DNA from: a virus
Lineage: Duplodnaviria; Caudoviricetes
Reading direction: 5' to 3' (one strand)
DNA: 64,000 nucleotides
Virus record (IMG/VR): IMGVR_UViG_3300013121_000017
Coordinates: 96,001-160,000 of that record
Shown here piece by piece: positions 10,158-19,300 of this stretch (the stretch's first letter is position 1; each line of letters opens with the position of its first letter). The notes under the pieces were generated by a model. It did not search any database, was not told the origin of the DNA, and was given only the letters and a program-made list of their open reading frames with translations. A program made the position numbers and the translations under genes.

Positions 10158-10658
10158 ATGGCACAACAGATGGGGTTCGGCGTACTGGGAAGCGCCAACA
10201 CGACATTCAAGCGGAAGAACCGTTGGATCTTCAAGATCAACGACGTGTCCGACGACGGTACGTCCGCCCTACCGCCTCTCAAGAGTGCTAGACCATCCCT
10301 CACCTTCAAGGAGATGGAAGCCCAGCACCTGAACGAGACAATCTTCTTCCCGAGCAAGCCAGAGTGGAAGCCAGTTCAACTAACACTGTACGACATCGAC
10401 CAGAGAGGCAGCAAAGTCGTGGACTGGATCAAGAAGGTCTATAACGCACAAACCGGGGAATGGTCCCCGGCTTGTGATAGTGACTTCAAGAAAAACGTCA
10501 CGCTCGAACTGTACGACGGCTGCGGCAACACCTGTGAGTCTTGGACCTTCGAGAATGCTTGGCCCCAGGTCATTGAATGGGGTGATCTCGACATGGCCGA
10601 CGCTGGCATCGTGACAATCGACATTACACTTCGCTATGACCGAGCCTACAGGAATTAG
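10158..10658 (+). CDS. Tail tube protein 3
   Basis: FKRKNRW, LYDGCG, WPQVIEWGDLD, LRYDRA; GAGG SD. Confidence 0.85.
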   Translation: MAQQMGFGVLGSANTTFKRKNRWIFKINDVSDDGTSALPPLKSARPSLTFKEMEAQHLNETIFFPSKPEWKPVQLTLYDIDQRGSKVVDWIKKVYNAQTGEWSPACDSDFKKNVTLELYDGCGNTCESWTFENAWPQVIEWGDLDMADAGIVTIDITLRYDRAYRN

Positions 10659-10888
10659 TCGTAGAGATCAGGCCCGAGGATCTCTCGGAACCTTTCGATC
10701 ATCTGCTCCAGTTCTTTCGGCTTACAGTCCAGAACCCGACAGGCTCCAGATTTGTTCAGTCTGTCTTTCTTCGTTGTCCACTTGGTTTCGTTGGACAACA
10801 GGGCGTCGATCTTGTCACCATAACCGGCGTCGATCAACTTTTGGATCAATTCAGCGCGTTCGATCCCCTCAATGAAGTTACCAGCCAT
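10655..10888 (-). CDS. Hypothetical protein, possible HTH
   Basis: GGAGG SD; downstream of the sigma gene. Confidence 0.65.
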   Translation of the reverse strand: MAGNFIEGIERAELIQKLIDAGYGDKIDALLSNETKWTTKKDRLNKSGACRVLDCKPKELEQMIERFREILGPDLYD

Positions 10889-10895
10889 CTACCTC

Positions 10896-11429
10896 CTAAC
10901 CTTGCAACTTGGGTGATTGCCAGCGGGAAGCCACCTTCCCGTGAGTGCCGCCCATAGCAATGGCGTCCATTGTATCTCTGAGGAAGTCATGATACTTCCT
11001 CTTCAATTCATTGTAGTTGCGTGCGGTACGGTAAAGCTGGCGGAAGTGGTTCAGGATGCAAGTCGTCATGTAATTGAACGCCTTGCCCTTCGACGGGTCA
11101 AACCTGTCGATCTTCTCGAAGCAGATGAGGACGCCCTCCTGAATGGCGTCGTCCGCGTCGATGAGGTTGAACTTGGCATAGCGAACGATATTCTCTGAGA
11201 GAATGTAGAACGCCGTGGCTAGGTCAGCCTGGGCCAAGTGGAAACGATTCATGATCTCATGGAGGTGTTCTATCCGGGCTTCAAGACGAGGGTCTGTCCT
11301 GCCGCGCCGACGCTCCCGATCCTTGGTGTCCTCGATAATCATCTCAACTCTCTGACGCTCTCTCTTGGCGTCCTGAAACTTGGAGATGATTCCCTCAAAT
11401 GCCTTGTTGTTTAGATACTCGCTCGCCAT
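10896..11429 (-). CDS. Late-transcription sigma factor (T4 gp55-like)
   Basis: YLNNK N-terminus; DDAIQEGVLICFEKIDRFDPSKGKAFNYMT region-2 motif. Confidence 0.8.
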   Translation of the reverse strand: MASEYLNNKAFEGIISKFQDAKRERQRVEMIIEDTKDRERRRGRTDPRLEARIEHLHEIMNRFHLAQADLATAFYILSENIVRYAKFNLIDADDAIQEGVLICFEKIDRFDPSKGKAFNYMTTCILNHFRQLYRTARNYNELKRKYHDFLRDTMDAIAMGGTHGKVASRWQSPKLQG

Positions 11430-11597
11430 CAAGCTCCTTGTACAAGTCCCAAACACGACACAGAAGTGACCGCGCAAGATGATATTGCGGGGTATCTATA
11501 TACGGAGGGACCAGCAATTTTCAGCCGCTTTTACGCGGAGGTTGTCTAAGGCTTTCATTCTTGCGAGCATTCAGGGCTATGATGTTTGAGGGGACCA

Positions 11598-11852
11598 GTG
11601 AACGAGATCTACCAGTACCTTTTCGACATCCTGACAACACCGAACGTCCCAAAGCCCTATCGGGACTTGGCCCAGCTACTAAAGCAGCAGGGCCGAACCG
11701 TCGAGGCAGACGGCGTGTTACACCTATTACAGCAAGCTTTCGAGGAAAATGAAGAACCTCAGCCTTCACTGCCTGAACACGGGGTCGCCGGAAGCGACCA
11801 TCAAGACGTTGATGGGAGCAAAGCCCTACGCGAAGCACATCATAGCGGGTGA
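11598..11852 (+). CDS. Hypothetical protein
   Basis: GAGGGG SD plus GTG start; overlaps the next ORF. Confidence 0.5.
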   Translation: MNEIYQYLFDILTTPNVPKPYRDLAQLLKQQGRTVEADGVLHLLQQAFEENEEPQPSLPEHGVAGSDHQDVDGSKALREAHHSG

Positions 11853-12750
11853 CCTGTCAGGGTCCGACAGCTTGAAGTATTTCTGCAACAACAACCAGAT
11901 CCAGTACGTCAAGCTGTCTCTGAACAACGACCTCAGCCAATGCCACAACGACCTCGTCGCCCACTCCTCGGAGAGATGGCACATGCACCTGTATCCCGGT
12001 GAAACCATCAATAATGCGGGAAAAGTAACACAAATCATCCAGGGCAGCCCGGCAAACTACCGCCTACCTTGCGTCCAGGCGGGATGGCTCAACAAAGAAA
12101 TACGGCTCTACCACCGTGACTTGCATCCCAGGTTCGTCAACCCGGTATTCGAGTCCGTCATCGGCCCGTCAAAGTTCCTTGAGGTCTACGTCACGGGAGC
12201 AGACACCACCCCATTCGACCAGACGAACGCGCTGCTAAAGATTTGGATGATGAAGCAGCCTATTGCCGTAGAACCCAGGTATTACACGACCTTGAATCTC
12301 CTCATGGAAGGAAAACAGGCCGCGTTCATCAGTTCTGCCCGCAGTCACCTGTTCACAGACCAAACCGTGACAGTCCAGAATACCATGCTGAGGTATTACT
12401 TAGCCTGCGGCCTCGCCGCCAAGATCGACACACGCAAAGAGGCAGCCAAGCACGCCGTAACGTGTCTGGCAATCTTCGTATTGATGGCTGAGTTCTGGTG
12501 TCTGTTAGGTGACCTGTGTCTTGCCGAGGGCGACTACGACCGCGCCAGGGCCATGTATCGAAACGCCCTGGTTCTTGGCAGCAGGCGGCACAAAGACGAT
12601 CCGTGGCCCATGCACATCGTCAAATACAAAGACCACCCAACCAAGATGCTTGCCGCCTGCGATGAAGCCGTTCGGGAATCAAGAACGTTCAAAGTGGGAG
12701 GGGTTCGTGGCTCCGCAAAGACTGGCCCGCCAGCCATTGCCTCAGCATGA
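11749..12750 (+). CDS. Degenerate glycosyltransferase-like protein with TPR
   Basis: GT2-like N-terminus (RFVNPVFES); TPR-like C-terminus (AEFWCLLGD...YDRARAMYRNAL). Confidence 0.55.
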   Translation: MKNLSLHCLNTGSPEATIKTLMGAKPYAKHIIAGDLSGSDSLKYFCNNNQIQYVKLSLNNDLSQCHNDLVAHSSERWHMHLYPGETINNAGKVTQIIQGSPANYRLPCVQAGWLNKEIRLYHRDLHPRFVNPVFESVIGPSKFLEVYVTGADTTPFDQTNALLKIWMMKQPIAVEPRYYTTLNLLMEGKQAAFISSARSHLFTDQTVTVQNTMLRYYLACGLAAKIDTRKEAAKHAVTCLAIFVLMAEFWCLLGDLCLAEGDYDRARAMYRNALVLGSRRHKDDPWPMHIVKYKDHPTKMLAACDEAVRESRTFKVGGVRGSAKTGPPAIASA

Positions 12751-13621
12751 TCTTAGAGTCCACGAACGTATTGCTGTTCCTGATGGCTGGGATGGCCTTA
12801 TTCCGCCTCACCACCGCCTCCATGTCAAACAGCCAGTAGATCGTTGACAGCAGCGAAACAAAGGTCACATCAGTTGAGTTGGCAACCCTGGCGTCGATGT
12901 CGTCGTACATGTTGTCGCTGCCGAAGCGACCATTGGCTGCCGAGATGATCTTGGTCTGAATGTGGCTCTTGCGGTTGCCGCCAGCCCAGGCAGAGTCACA
13001 GTAGCTGGCATACTCCTTGAACTCCTGGCTGTCCTTGGTCAGCGAGAAAGAGCCATAGAAAGCGTCCGTAAGGGCTGCCATATTCTCCAGCACCCGGTAG
13101 TGGTTCAGGTTCTCTTCCGTCTCGGTTCCAAAACCAGCACAGCAGAGGATCTTACAACCATCGTCACCCTGACCGCAATGGCCGTGTGGAGTCAGTTTGA
13201 CTTCGTCCAATGCCGCCAATGCGATGAAATCTTCGAGGATCGTACCACTATCTTTTTCGTTCCCTTGCTGAAGCGAGTCCACGCCTCCATCAACCGCCAG
13301 GATGGTATCGACTTTGTGTTTGTTGATGATCTCTTGGTAGGCCCGCTTGACCAATCCTACACCCTGCCGGCCCACTGTGTAGTTCCCAACGAGGTTGTAC
13401 TTGTACCCAATGCTGTATTCTGGATAGTCCTCAATGTCGGCTTGCCGGTAGTGGAAGTTCATGTGCGGCGAACTGTTGACCAACACGAACCGCTTGGGGT
13501 AATGGGTCAGAAACGGCAGGCCGGTAAACACGTCGAACCCGCCGCCAACACCGACGACCATGATCACGTCGCCGTACTCAATCTTGGTTTCAGGGATGTT
13601 CAGTTTCTTGAGTGTCTTCAT
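12689..13621 (-). CDS. DUF1152-family protein
   Basis: GVGGGFDV and VDGGVDSLxxGxE...GTxxED motifs. Confidence 0.75.
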   Translation of the reverse strand: MKTLKKLNIPETKIEYGDVIMVVGVGGGFDVFTGLPFLTHYPKRFVLVNSSPHMNFHYRQADIEDYPEYSIGYKYNLVGNYTVGRQGVGLVKRAYQEIINKHKVDTILAVDGGVDSLQQGNEKDSGTILEDFIALAALDEVKLTPHGHCGQGDDGCKILCCAGFGTETEENLNHYRVLENMAALTDAFYGSFSLTKDSQEFKEYASYCDSAWAGGNRKSHIQTKIISAANGRFGSDNMYDDIDARVANSTDVTFVSLLSTIYWLFDMEAVVRRNKAIPAIRNSNTFVDSKIMLRQWLAGQSLRSHEPLPL

Positions 13622-14004
13622 GAAAGGTCCGGTTCATTGATGATGACGACCACCTTGTCCTCGTAGCGAGCGACTGCGATCTGCTTGAAGCGGCTGGGTG
13701 CGAGCTTGTTAAGCTTGGCCTGAAGTTCGCTGACGTGGCAATCGATGACAGTGAAGTTGTTCGCAGCCAGGGCGCGATCTTCGGCGTCGATGTCGCTGAC
13801 GACCCGACCGGGGAAGTACGTCTCCAACTGGGTCTTACCATGTTTTAGAACGTTACGGTAGATCGGCATGTTACAGGCACAGCCTGGATTCTGAAGATAC
13901 TTGTTGATGTCATCTTTCAGTTCCACGGGCAGCGAGTTTCTGAACCTGCTGTCCCTCATGGCTTGTTTCACATCGAGCAGCGTAATCGGCTTTTCACTCA
14001 TCAT
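13618..14004 (-). CDS. Hypothetical protein
   Basis: Operon-like overlaps with its neighbours. Confidence 0.7.
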   Translation of the reverse strand: MMSEKPITLLDVKQAMRDSRFRNSLPVELKDDINKYLQNPGCACNMPIYRNVLKHGKTQLETYFPGRVVSDIDAEDRALAANNFTVIDCHVSELQAKLNKLAPSRFKQIAVARYEDKVVVIINEPDLS

Positions 14005-14494
14005 AACTCCTGCCGGTGAGGTTATTCGGGTCAGCGACCTTCCGCACCGTTACTACACGCCCGCACTTGGGACATTTGAACTTCTTGGAGCTTGGCCTCC
14101 ACTCGGGAGTCACTATCTGGCCGGTCGCCGGATCGCGATAGGGACCAGCACCTGGGATGCGAGACTGCTTGTATGGGACCAACCCCGACACATCGCTGCC
14201 ATCCGTGAGCTTCTTGTAGCCGCACGGTTCACAGTAGATGCTGTAGAGCTTCAGCTTGTTCATCGGCACAAAATCGTCGTCGTCATCCACGACTCTCTTC
14301 ACCGGCTCCGTGCCGCGATTGATCATTTCGGGGGCGAGGAATGATCCATCGACACTTTTCTGAAGCTCTTCTGCATGACGTTTGACTTCGGCAATCTCTT
14401 GTTCACGGATAGTCATTCCTTGAACGACTAGCTCGGTATCTTTCTTGGGAGCCGTCTCTTCGGCCTTGATCGTTTCACCCTTGGTGACTTCCAT
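13994..14494 (-). CDS. Zinc-ribbon protein
   Basis: CEPCG ... CPKCG; GGAG SD. Confidence 0.65.
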   Translation of the reverse strand: MEVTKGETIKAEETAPKKDTELVVQGMTIREQEIAEVKRHAEELQKSVDGSFLAPEMINRGTEPVKRVVDDDDDFVPMNKLKLYSIYCEPCGYKKLTDGSDVSGLVPYKQSRIPGAGPYRDPATGQIVTPEWRPSSKKFKCPKCGRVVTVRKVADPNNLTGRSYDE

Positions 14495-14984
14495 TATTCT
14501 CCTTTGCTGGCTGTACCACTGATTGCGACTCAAAGTAGGTAAGCAGTACAGCAGCGGAGTATGCCAGGAAGCTGCCGGCCCCGCCGCCCAGGAGTACGAC
14601 AACAGGGTGATGACCGATAAGGAAGAAAGAGGCAAAGAAGCCAACCCAGGTTCCACAGCACTGGTAGCACTCGATGATCTTGTTGATGGGCCAGAATAGT
14701 GCGAGGGATACTCCCATGAAGAATGGCAACACGAACCAGGGCCAATCGACATTGCCTAGCCAGACGTGGAACACCGCCCAGCCGATCAGGGACAACAGAG
14801 CCAGCCAGATTGCTCCGAGCCGGTATCGTAAGTTGGTCTTGTCGTCCCGCTCAGTAGCAAGGAACTCACGGACTGGCGCGAATAGGTTGCTGTCCACGAT
14901 GATGTGGGTCGAACCGATGACAGCGAGGGCGAAGAATAGCAGTAGGGCAAAAGTCAACGTGGAAAGATCTGGGAAAAAGCTCAT
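14475..14984 (-). CDS. Membrane protein, DUF1360-like
   Basis: Several hydrophobic helices; CYQCCGTW motif. Confidence 0.65.
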   Translation of the reverse strand: MSFFPDLSTLTFALLLFFALAVIGSTHIIVDSNLFAPVREFLATERDDKTNLRYRLGAIWLALLSLIGWAVFHVWLGNVDWPWFVLPFFMGVSLALFWPINKIIECYQCCGTWVGFFASFFLIGHHPVVVLLGGGAGSFLAYSAAVLLTYFESQSVVQPAKENNGSHQG

Positions 14985-14985
14985 G

Positions 14986-15351
14986 TTACCTCCAGGCTGT
15001 AATTCGTATGTTGTCGCCGTCGCGGAAGACCGCAACCTCGGCGTAGTCTTGTAGACCGTCGAGACATTGTAAGGCGTCTGCGACGGTGCAGTTTCGATTC
15101 GCTACGATGTTAGAATCAAAAGTGCGAATTGAGACTTCATCGCCAAGATACTTGCTTATGACGGCAAGATGCTGTGGCTGGATCGCATGCAGGAGGTCTA
15201 CCTTGGTTCGTGACGCCAGGGACTTCAGGCCAGCAACATGCTGACCCAGGAGCCATGTATCGAAATAGCTCTGGAGATCAGGTAGTGAGGCTCTTAGCCT
15301 TGCGTCTTTGAGAACCAAGTCCTCGACTGTGTTGAGGTTTATTTCGAGCAT
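14986..15351 (-). CDS. Hypothetical protein
   Basis: GGAG SD; first gene of this minus-strand run. Confidence 0.65.
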   Translation of the reverse strand: MLEINLNTVEDLVLKDARLRASLPDLQSYFDTWLLGQHVAGLKSLASRTKVDLLHAIQPQHLAVISKYLGDEVSIRTFDSNIVANRNCTVADALQCLDGLQDYAEVAVFRDGDNIRITAWR

Positions 15352-15462
15352 GCTCTCCTAGATCCACACAAAAATCCGTGGTCGATACTCTTTTCAATAG
15401 ACGAGTGAGTGCGGCCAAAAGCATTATACGGTGACAACACCGTCACCCTGAAGGAGACACAG

Positions 15463-16626
15463 ATGCCTGATGACAAGACCTTCCGCCCTCGGAAAGTGAA
15501 CCCGAGCGAAGACCCCAACATGTCAGCCCAAGACTCCCCGTTTGCCGGGGTCGATGCCATGCGAGCAGCAGCCGCTGCCGATGACAAAGAAAACCAAGCC
15601 CCCACCCCTCTGTCCGCGAATCCTGGCATTCAAGTCAGCGGCAAGGTTCCGCCTGAATTTTTGAAGGCCATGAATCAGAGCCGCGCGGCTGTCGCCGAAG
15701 AACGCGGCGAAAGCGTGAGCGACCTCAAGACAGGGTTCGGCAAGATGAAGACGCATGAGCAACCGCGTCCCAAGCAGCAGCGGTTCAGTGAAGGTCCGGC
15801 TCCTGCTCGCCAGGGCGGTCAGTCTGCCGAACTGAAGGCTTTGATCGACGGCCTGAAGCCCAAGGCTCTGTATGAGCCGATCAAGTTGCCATCCGGCGGT
15901 CGCTTCTACGACGGCCAGAACGGTCCAACTGATGGCGTCATTCACGTCCGTCCGATGACCGGCGAAGAAGAGCAGATTTTGGCCACCCCCAGGTTCGTCC
16001 GCAAGGGTATGGCTATCAACATGATCTTCCAGCGGTGTCTCGAAGAAGATTTCCGCGCCGAGGACTTGCTGACCGTGGACCGCACCTACCTCCTGATCTG
16101 GCTCCGTGGCATCAGCTACTCGCCGGATTACGACGTTGAGGTAAAGTGTCCGTTCACCGAGAAGAAGTTCATGACGACGATCAACCTCAACACGCTCGAT
16201 GTCGAGGAATGCCCGGACGATTTCGGCCCAGATCTCAGCGACGTGCTGCCAACGACCGGCTACAAGTTCAACTACAGACTCTCCACCGGCAAGGACGAGC
16301 AGGAGATTCAGGAATACCGTGATCGCCGCATGAAGATGTTCGGCGACAACGCCAGCGACGACACGTTGCTCCATCGCACCGCGATGCTCCTCAACAACGT
16401 GGAAGGCGTCGAAGACAAGAAGGAACTGATGACACTCATCAAGCACCTTCCGATCAATGATGTGGCGTACATCCGCAACTGCGTCAACGAACCGCCCTTC
16501 GGTGTTGAAACCACCGTTACGGTCGTCTCGCCCTACGCGAACGAGGAGTTCGAGATTGAGTTGCCGCTTGAAGCAAATTTTTTCTTCCCCAAGCGTCGCC
16601 GGAAGGAGAAGACGGAATCCCTGTAA
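15463..16626 (+). CDS. Baseplate hub / tail assembly chaperone (gp26-like)
   Basis: LPSGGRFY, VRPMTGEEE, DRTYLLIWLRGISY, ...LPLEANFF motifs. Confidence 0.75.
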   Translation: MPDDKTFRPRKVNPSEDPNMSAQDSPFAGVDAMRAAAAADDKENQAPTPLSANPGIQVSGKVPPEFLKAMNQSRAAVAEERGESVSDLKTGFGKMKTHEQPRPKQQRFSEGPAPARQGGQSAELKALIDGLKPKALYEPIKLPSGGRFYDGQNGPTDGVIHVRPMTGEEEQILATPRFVRKGMAINMIFQRCLEEDFRAEDLLTVDRTYLLIWLRGISYSPDYDVEVKCPFTEKKFMTTINLNTLDVEECPDDFGPDLSDVLPTTGYKFNYRLSTGKDEQEIQEYRDRRMKMFGDNASDDTLLHRTAMLLNNVEGVEDKKELMTLIKHLPINDVAYIRNCVNEPPFGVETTVTVVSPYANEEFEIELPLEANFFFPKRRRKEKTESL

Positions 16627-16856
16627 ACCCGGACATCACGCCGGCAGAACGGTCGAGCGTGGTCCTCTGGAAGAACCTCATGGAGGAGATTTTCTTCTTC
16701 CAGTACCATCTGCACTTGGACAAGCCAACCTGCATGTCCTACGAAATCACCGAACGGAAGTGGCTGATCGAACGTTTCATCCAGCAGAAGAACAAGGAAA
16801 ACGAGCAGATGGAAGCCGAGCGACGAAAGGCTCGGGCGAACGCCAAGAGGAAGTAA
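16575..16856 (+). CDS. gp51-like small chaperone, probably reached by a -1 frameshift from the upstream gene
   Basis: EIFFFQYHLH...ERKWLIERF; the -1 frame is open from slippery A AAT TTT TTC at 16575. Confidence 0.7.
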   Translation, partial: KFFLPQASPEGEDGIPVNPDITPAERSSVVLWKNLMEEIFFFQYHLHLDKPTCMSYEITERKWLIERFIQQKNKENEQMEAERRKARANAKRK

Positions 16857-16905
16857 AGGTCGAGGGGCGTAAATACTGGGAGTATACCCTTGACCCTGGA
16901 GTCCG

Positions 16906-17640
16906 ATGGCTGTCAAAGAACGCAACACGAACGCAGTATGCAACGATACCGTCATTCTCAGATTGTTCCAGTACAACGAGAATGCACCGGCAGCCGTGGA
17001 AGCGGTTGAAAAGGTCGAGATCTATTTCCTTGATCCTTTCAACCGCACTCCCGAGAACCCAGATGGCAGGCGACTGATTCAGACCATCACCACGGTGACG
17101 GTTGACGCAGTCGGCCAGTACAGTGTGACGGTTCCCCTGACCTCACCGCTGTACGTCATCGGGGACTATGTCGATGTCTGGTCGATCAGCTATGAGGCTG
17201 ATCAATGCCCAGGAACCAGGGAGATGCAGTTCAGCATCGGGGCGGACAAATGGTACGCCAACTCTGAACCGTATCTTTGGAGCTTCGCCTTTGCTTTTAG
17301 GCCATTCAAGTTCCGCAAGAACGAACGCAAGTACATGATCGTTGAAGTGACACCCAACGTGCCACACATCAGTGATCTCGAACGATATTACGCCGACATC
17401 GCCACATACCCATCCCTCTTCATAACGATGGCTCTGAGGTGTGCAGACTGCGTCCCGGCGGAAGAAGACTTGCGAACTGTCATCGACAGACAGCCAGTCG
17501 AAGTTAGGAACAAGCGTCTGGGATACTACTTCCTCGACACCACCGACCTTGACTGCGGCATCTACGATGTCTGGTTCGAGTTGAACCTTGGCGGGAACAC
17601 CTACATCTCTCCCAAGAATCAACTCCAGATCTACAACTAA
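16906..17640 (+). CDS. Hypothetical protein, probably structural
   Basis: 244-aa beta-rich ORF; GGAG SD; TAAATA upstream. Confidence 0.7.
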   Translation: MAVKERNTNAVCNDTVILRLFQYNENAPAAVEAVEKVEIYFLDPFNRTPENPDGRRLIQTITTVTVDAVGQYSVTVPLTSPLYVIGDYVDVWSISYEADQCPGTREMQFSIGADKWYANSEPYLWSFAFAFRPFKFRKNERKYMIVEVTPNVPHISDLERYYADIATYPSLFITMALRCADCVPAEEDLRTVIDRQPVEVRNKRLGYYFLDTTDLDCGIYDVWFELNLGGNTYISPKNQLQIYN

Positions 17641-17661
17641 CCTCCACCGCTAAGGAGCAAG

Positions 17662-18375
17662 ATGGGTAACCCATGTAACGATGGGCCGGGGACTGCTGCG
17701 CCTAAAGACAGCATCAAGATCACCGGCAACATCCCGCCCGAGTTCAGAAAAGCACTCGAAGAATTCCGCAAGAAGCAACCAAGCGTCGAACGCACGACCG
17801 TTAATTTCCACGGCAACTGCAAGGGACTCGAAGACATCTACGCACTCAGCCCTGAAAAGGAAGCCGAACGCCGCGCGCAAAAGTGCGGCGAACGCCGCCA
17901 TCCAGAGTGTGTCAACTGGTCCGAGGCCGGCTTCCACAAATCCCCGCCAAAGGAAATCGACTGGGACGCAAAGATCCCGATGGGCATGGGCAAACATCCC
18001 TTTGCCAGTCCGACCGCCGTCATCCCCCGCGTCTTCCGGTTCACGGTCGAAACCGACCTCAACACCCAGTTCCAATACTATGTCCAAGACATGGAAATCG
18101 ACTGGATCGGCAAGCAAATCAAGCTGTCCCTCTACGAGACGACTGCATTCGACGTAGACGACGTGATGAGGGCTTACAGCAGTGAAAAATGCAACAAACC
18201 ACTCACCGTCATGCTCTACGACGGTTGCGGAAAGAAGATCATGGGCTATCGCTTCCACGGCGTAGCCTGCCACACCTACTCATCCAGGCTCGATTACTCC
18301 AAGAGCGATCCGTTGTCGCCCAAGGCGGTACTCCAATTCAAGTCAGTCGAGCAACTCAAACGACCCGCAAAGTGA
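17662..18375 (+). CDS. Divergent tail-tube-like protein 4
   Basis: PMGMG, LYDGCG and LDYS motifs shared with tubes 1-3. Confidence 0.65.
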   Translation: MGNPCNDGPGTAAPKDSIKITGNIPPEFRKALEEFRKKQPSVERTTVNFHGNCKGLEDIYALSPEKEAERRAQKCGERRHPECVNWSEAGFHKSPPKEIDWDAKIPMGMGKHPFASPTAVIPRVFRFTVETDLNTQFQYYVQDMEIDWIGKQIKLSLYETTAFDVDDVMRAYSSEKCNKPLTVMLYDGCGKKIMGYRFHGVACHTYSSRLDYSKSDPLSPKAVLQFKSVEQLKRPAK

Positions 18376-18430
18376 ATCCCCTCGCTCCGGGTGCGGGGCA
18401 TGATGCCCCAATTTCTTTCTAAGGAGACAC

Positions 18431-18547
18431 ATGCACAAGAAAAGTACACTTCCCATGTGGAAGTCGGCGACACTGCGAAAAGAACCGGAACCCCTCACCT
18501 TAAAACGAAAGTACGTCTGGGACTTCGCCAAAAAGGAGACGAAATGA
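18431..18547 (+). CDS. 38-aa mini-ORF, truncated tube-like N-terminus
   Basis: AAGGAG SD; MHKKSTLPMWKS...LKRKYVWDF; its stop overlaps the next ATG. Confidence 0.5.
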   Translation: MHKKSTLPMWKSATLRKEPEPLTLKRKYVWDFAKKETK

Positions 18548-19248
18548 ACAAGAGAAGCACACTTCAGTTCTGGAAATCGACAAGGAGAAAAATGCAAATG
18601 GGACTTGGAACCCTCGGTTCTAAAGTGAAATGTCCAGAGTGCGACGAAGAGTTCTCGCACTGTCAACACATCGTCTTCAAGCGGAAATTCCGCTGGGTTT
18701 TCGAGGGAGAGACGACCAAGGCCAAGTTCGAGCCTCTGTTCGTCAAGGTTGCAGCACGCCCACAACTGGAAATCGAAGAAACAGAAATCAACTTCCTCGC
18801 CAGCAAAACCTGGGTTCCTGGCAAACAATGGGAGAAGATGACCGTCACCGCCTGGGATGTCAAACAGGACTTCTGGGATACCATTATGCCACTGCTGGTC
18901 GAGGAAGGAAAGGAGCCAACACCCGAACAGCTTGGCACGTTCAAGCTCGGCCTATACGACGGATGCGGCTGCCTAATCGAATCTTGGATGCTCGAAGAAG
19001 CCACGATCTCAGGCATTCGGTTTGGCGAATTGGACTATTCGTCCAGCGAGACGTGCGACATCGAGTTCGATGTGAAGTACAAGAAAGTCACCTACAAGAA
19101 CGAGTGCGGCCAGAATCTGAAGTACCTCCCGTGTCATCTGGGCGGCGGCTACAAACCAAACAAGGCAACCTGTCCGAACTGCAAGCATGAATTCGTTGTC
19201 GGAAATAGCGGCATCGGAATGCTCGGCAACCCAAACATCATATTTTGA
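18544..19248 (+). CDS. Tail-tube-like protein 5 with CxxC insertions (alternative start 18592)
   Basis: FKRKFRW, EETEINFL, LYDGCG, FGELDYSS; CPEC and CPNC. Confidence 0.75.
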   Translation: MNKRSTLQFWKSTRRKMQMGLGTLGSKVKCPECDEEFSHCQHIVFKRKFRWVFEGETTKAKFEPLFVKVAARPQLEIEETEINFLASKTWVPGKQWEKMTVTAWDVKQDFWDTIMPLLVEEGKEPTPEQLGTFKLGLYDGCGCLIESWMLEEATISGIRFGELDYSSSETCDIEFDVKYKKVTYKNECGQNLKYLPCHLGGGYKPNKATCPNCKHEFVVGNSGIGMLGNPNIIF

Positions 19249-19300
19249 CCCCGCTAGAATGCAGTAGTGACAGCGACTGTATTCAAACTGGAGGCAAAAC

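Noticed and set aside
6423-10658. Sheath plus several tubes as an extracellular contractile injection system or tailocin
   Set aside because: Neck proteins, gp55-like sigma, gp46/47, RNR and tRNAs in the same window indicate a replicating phage
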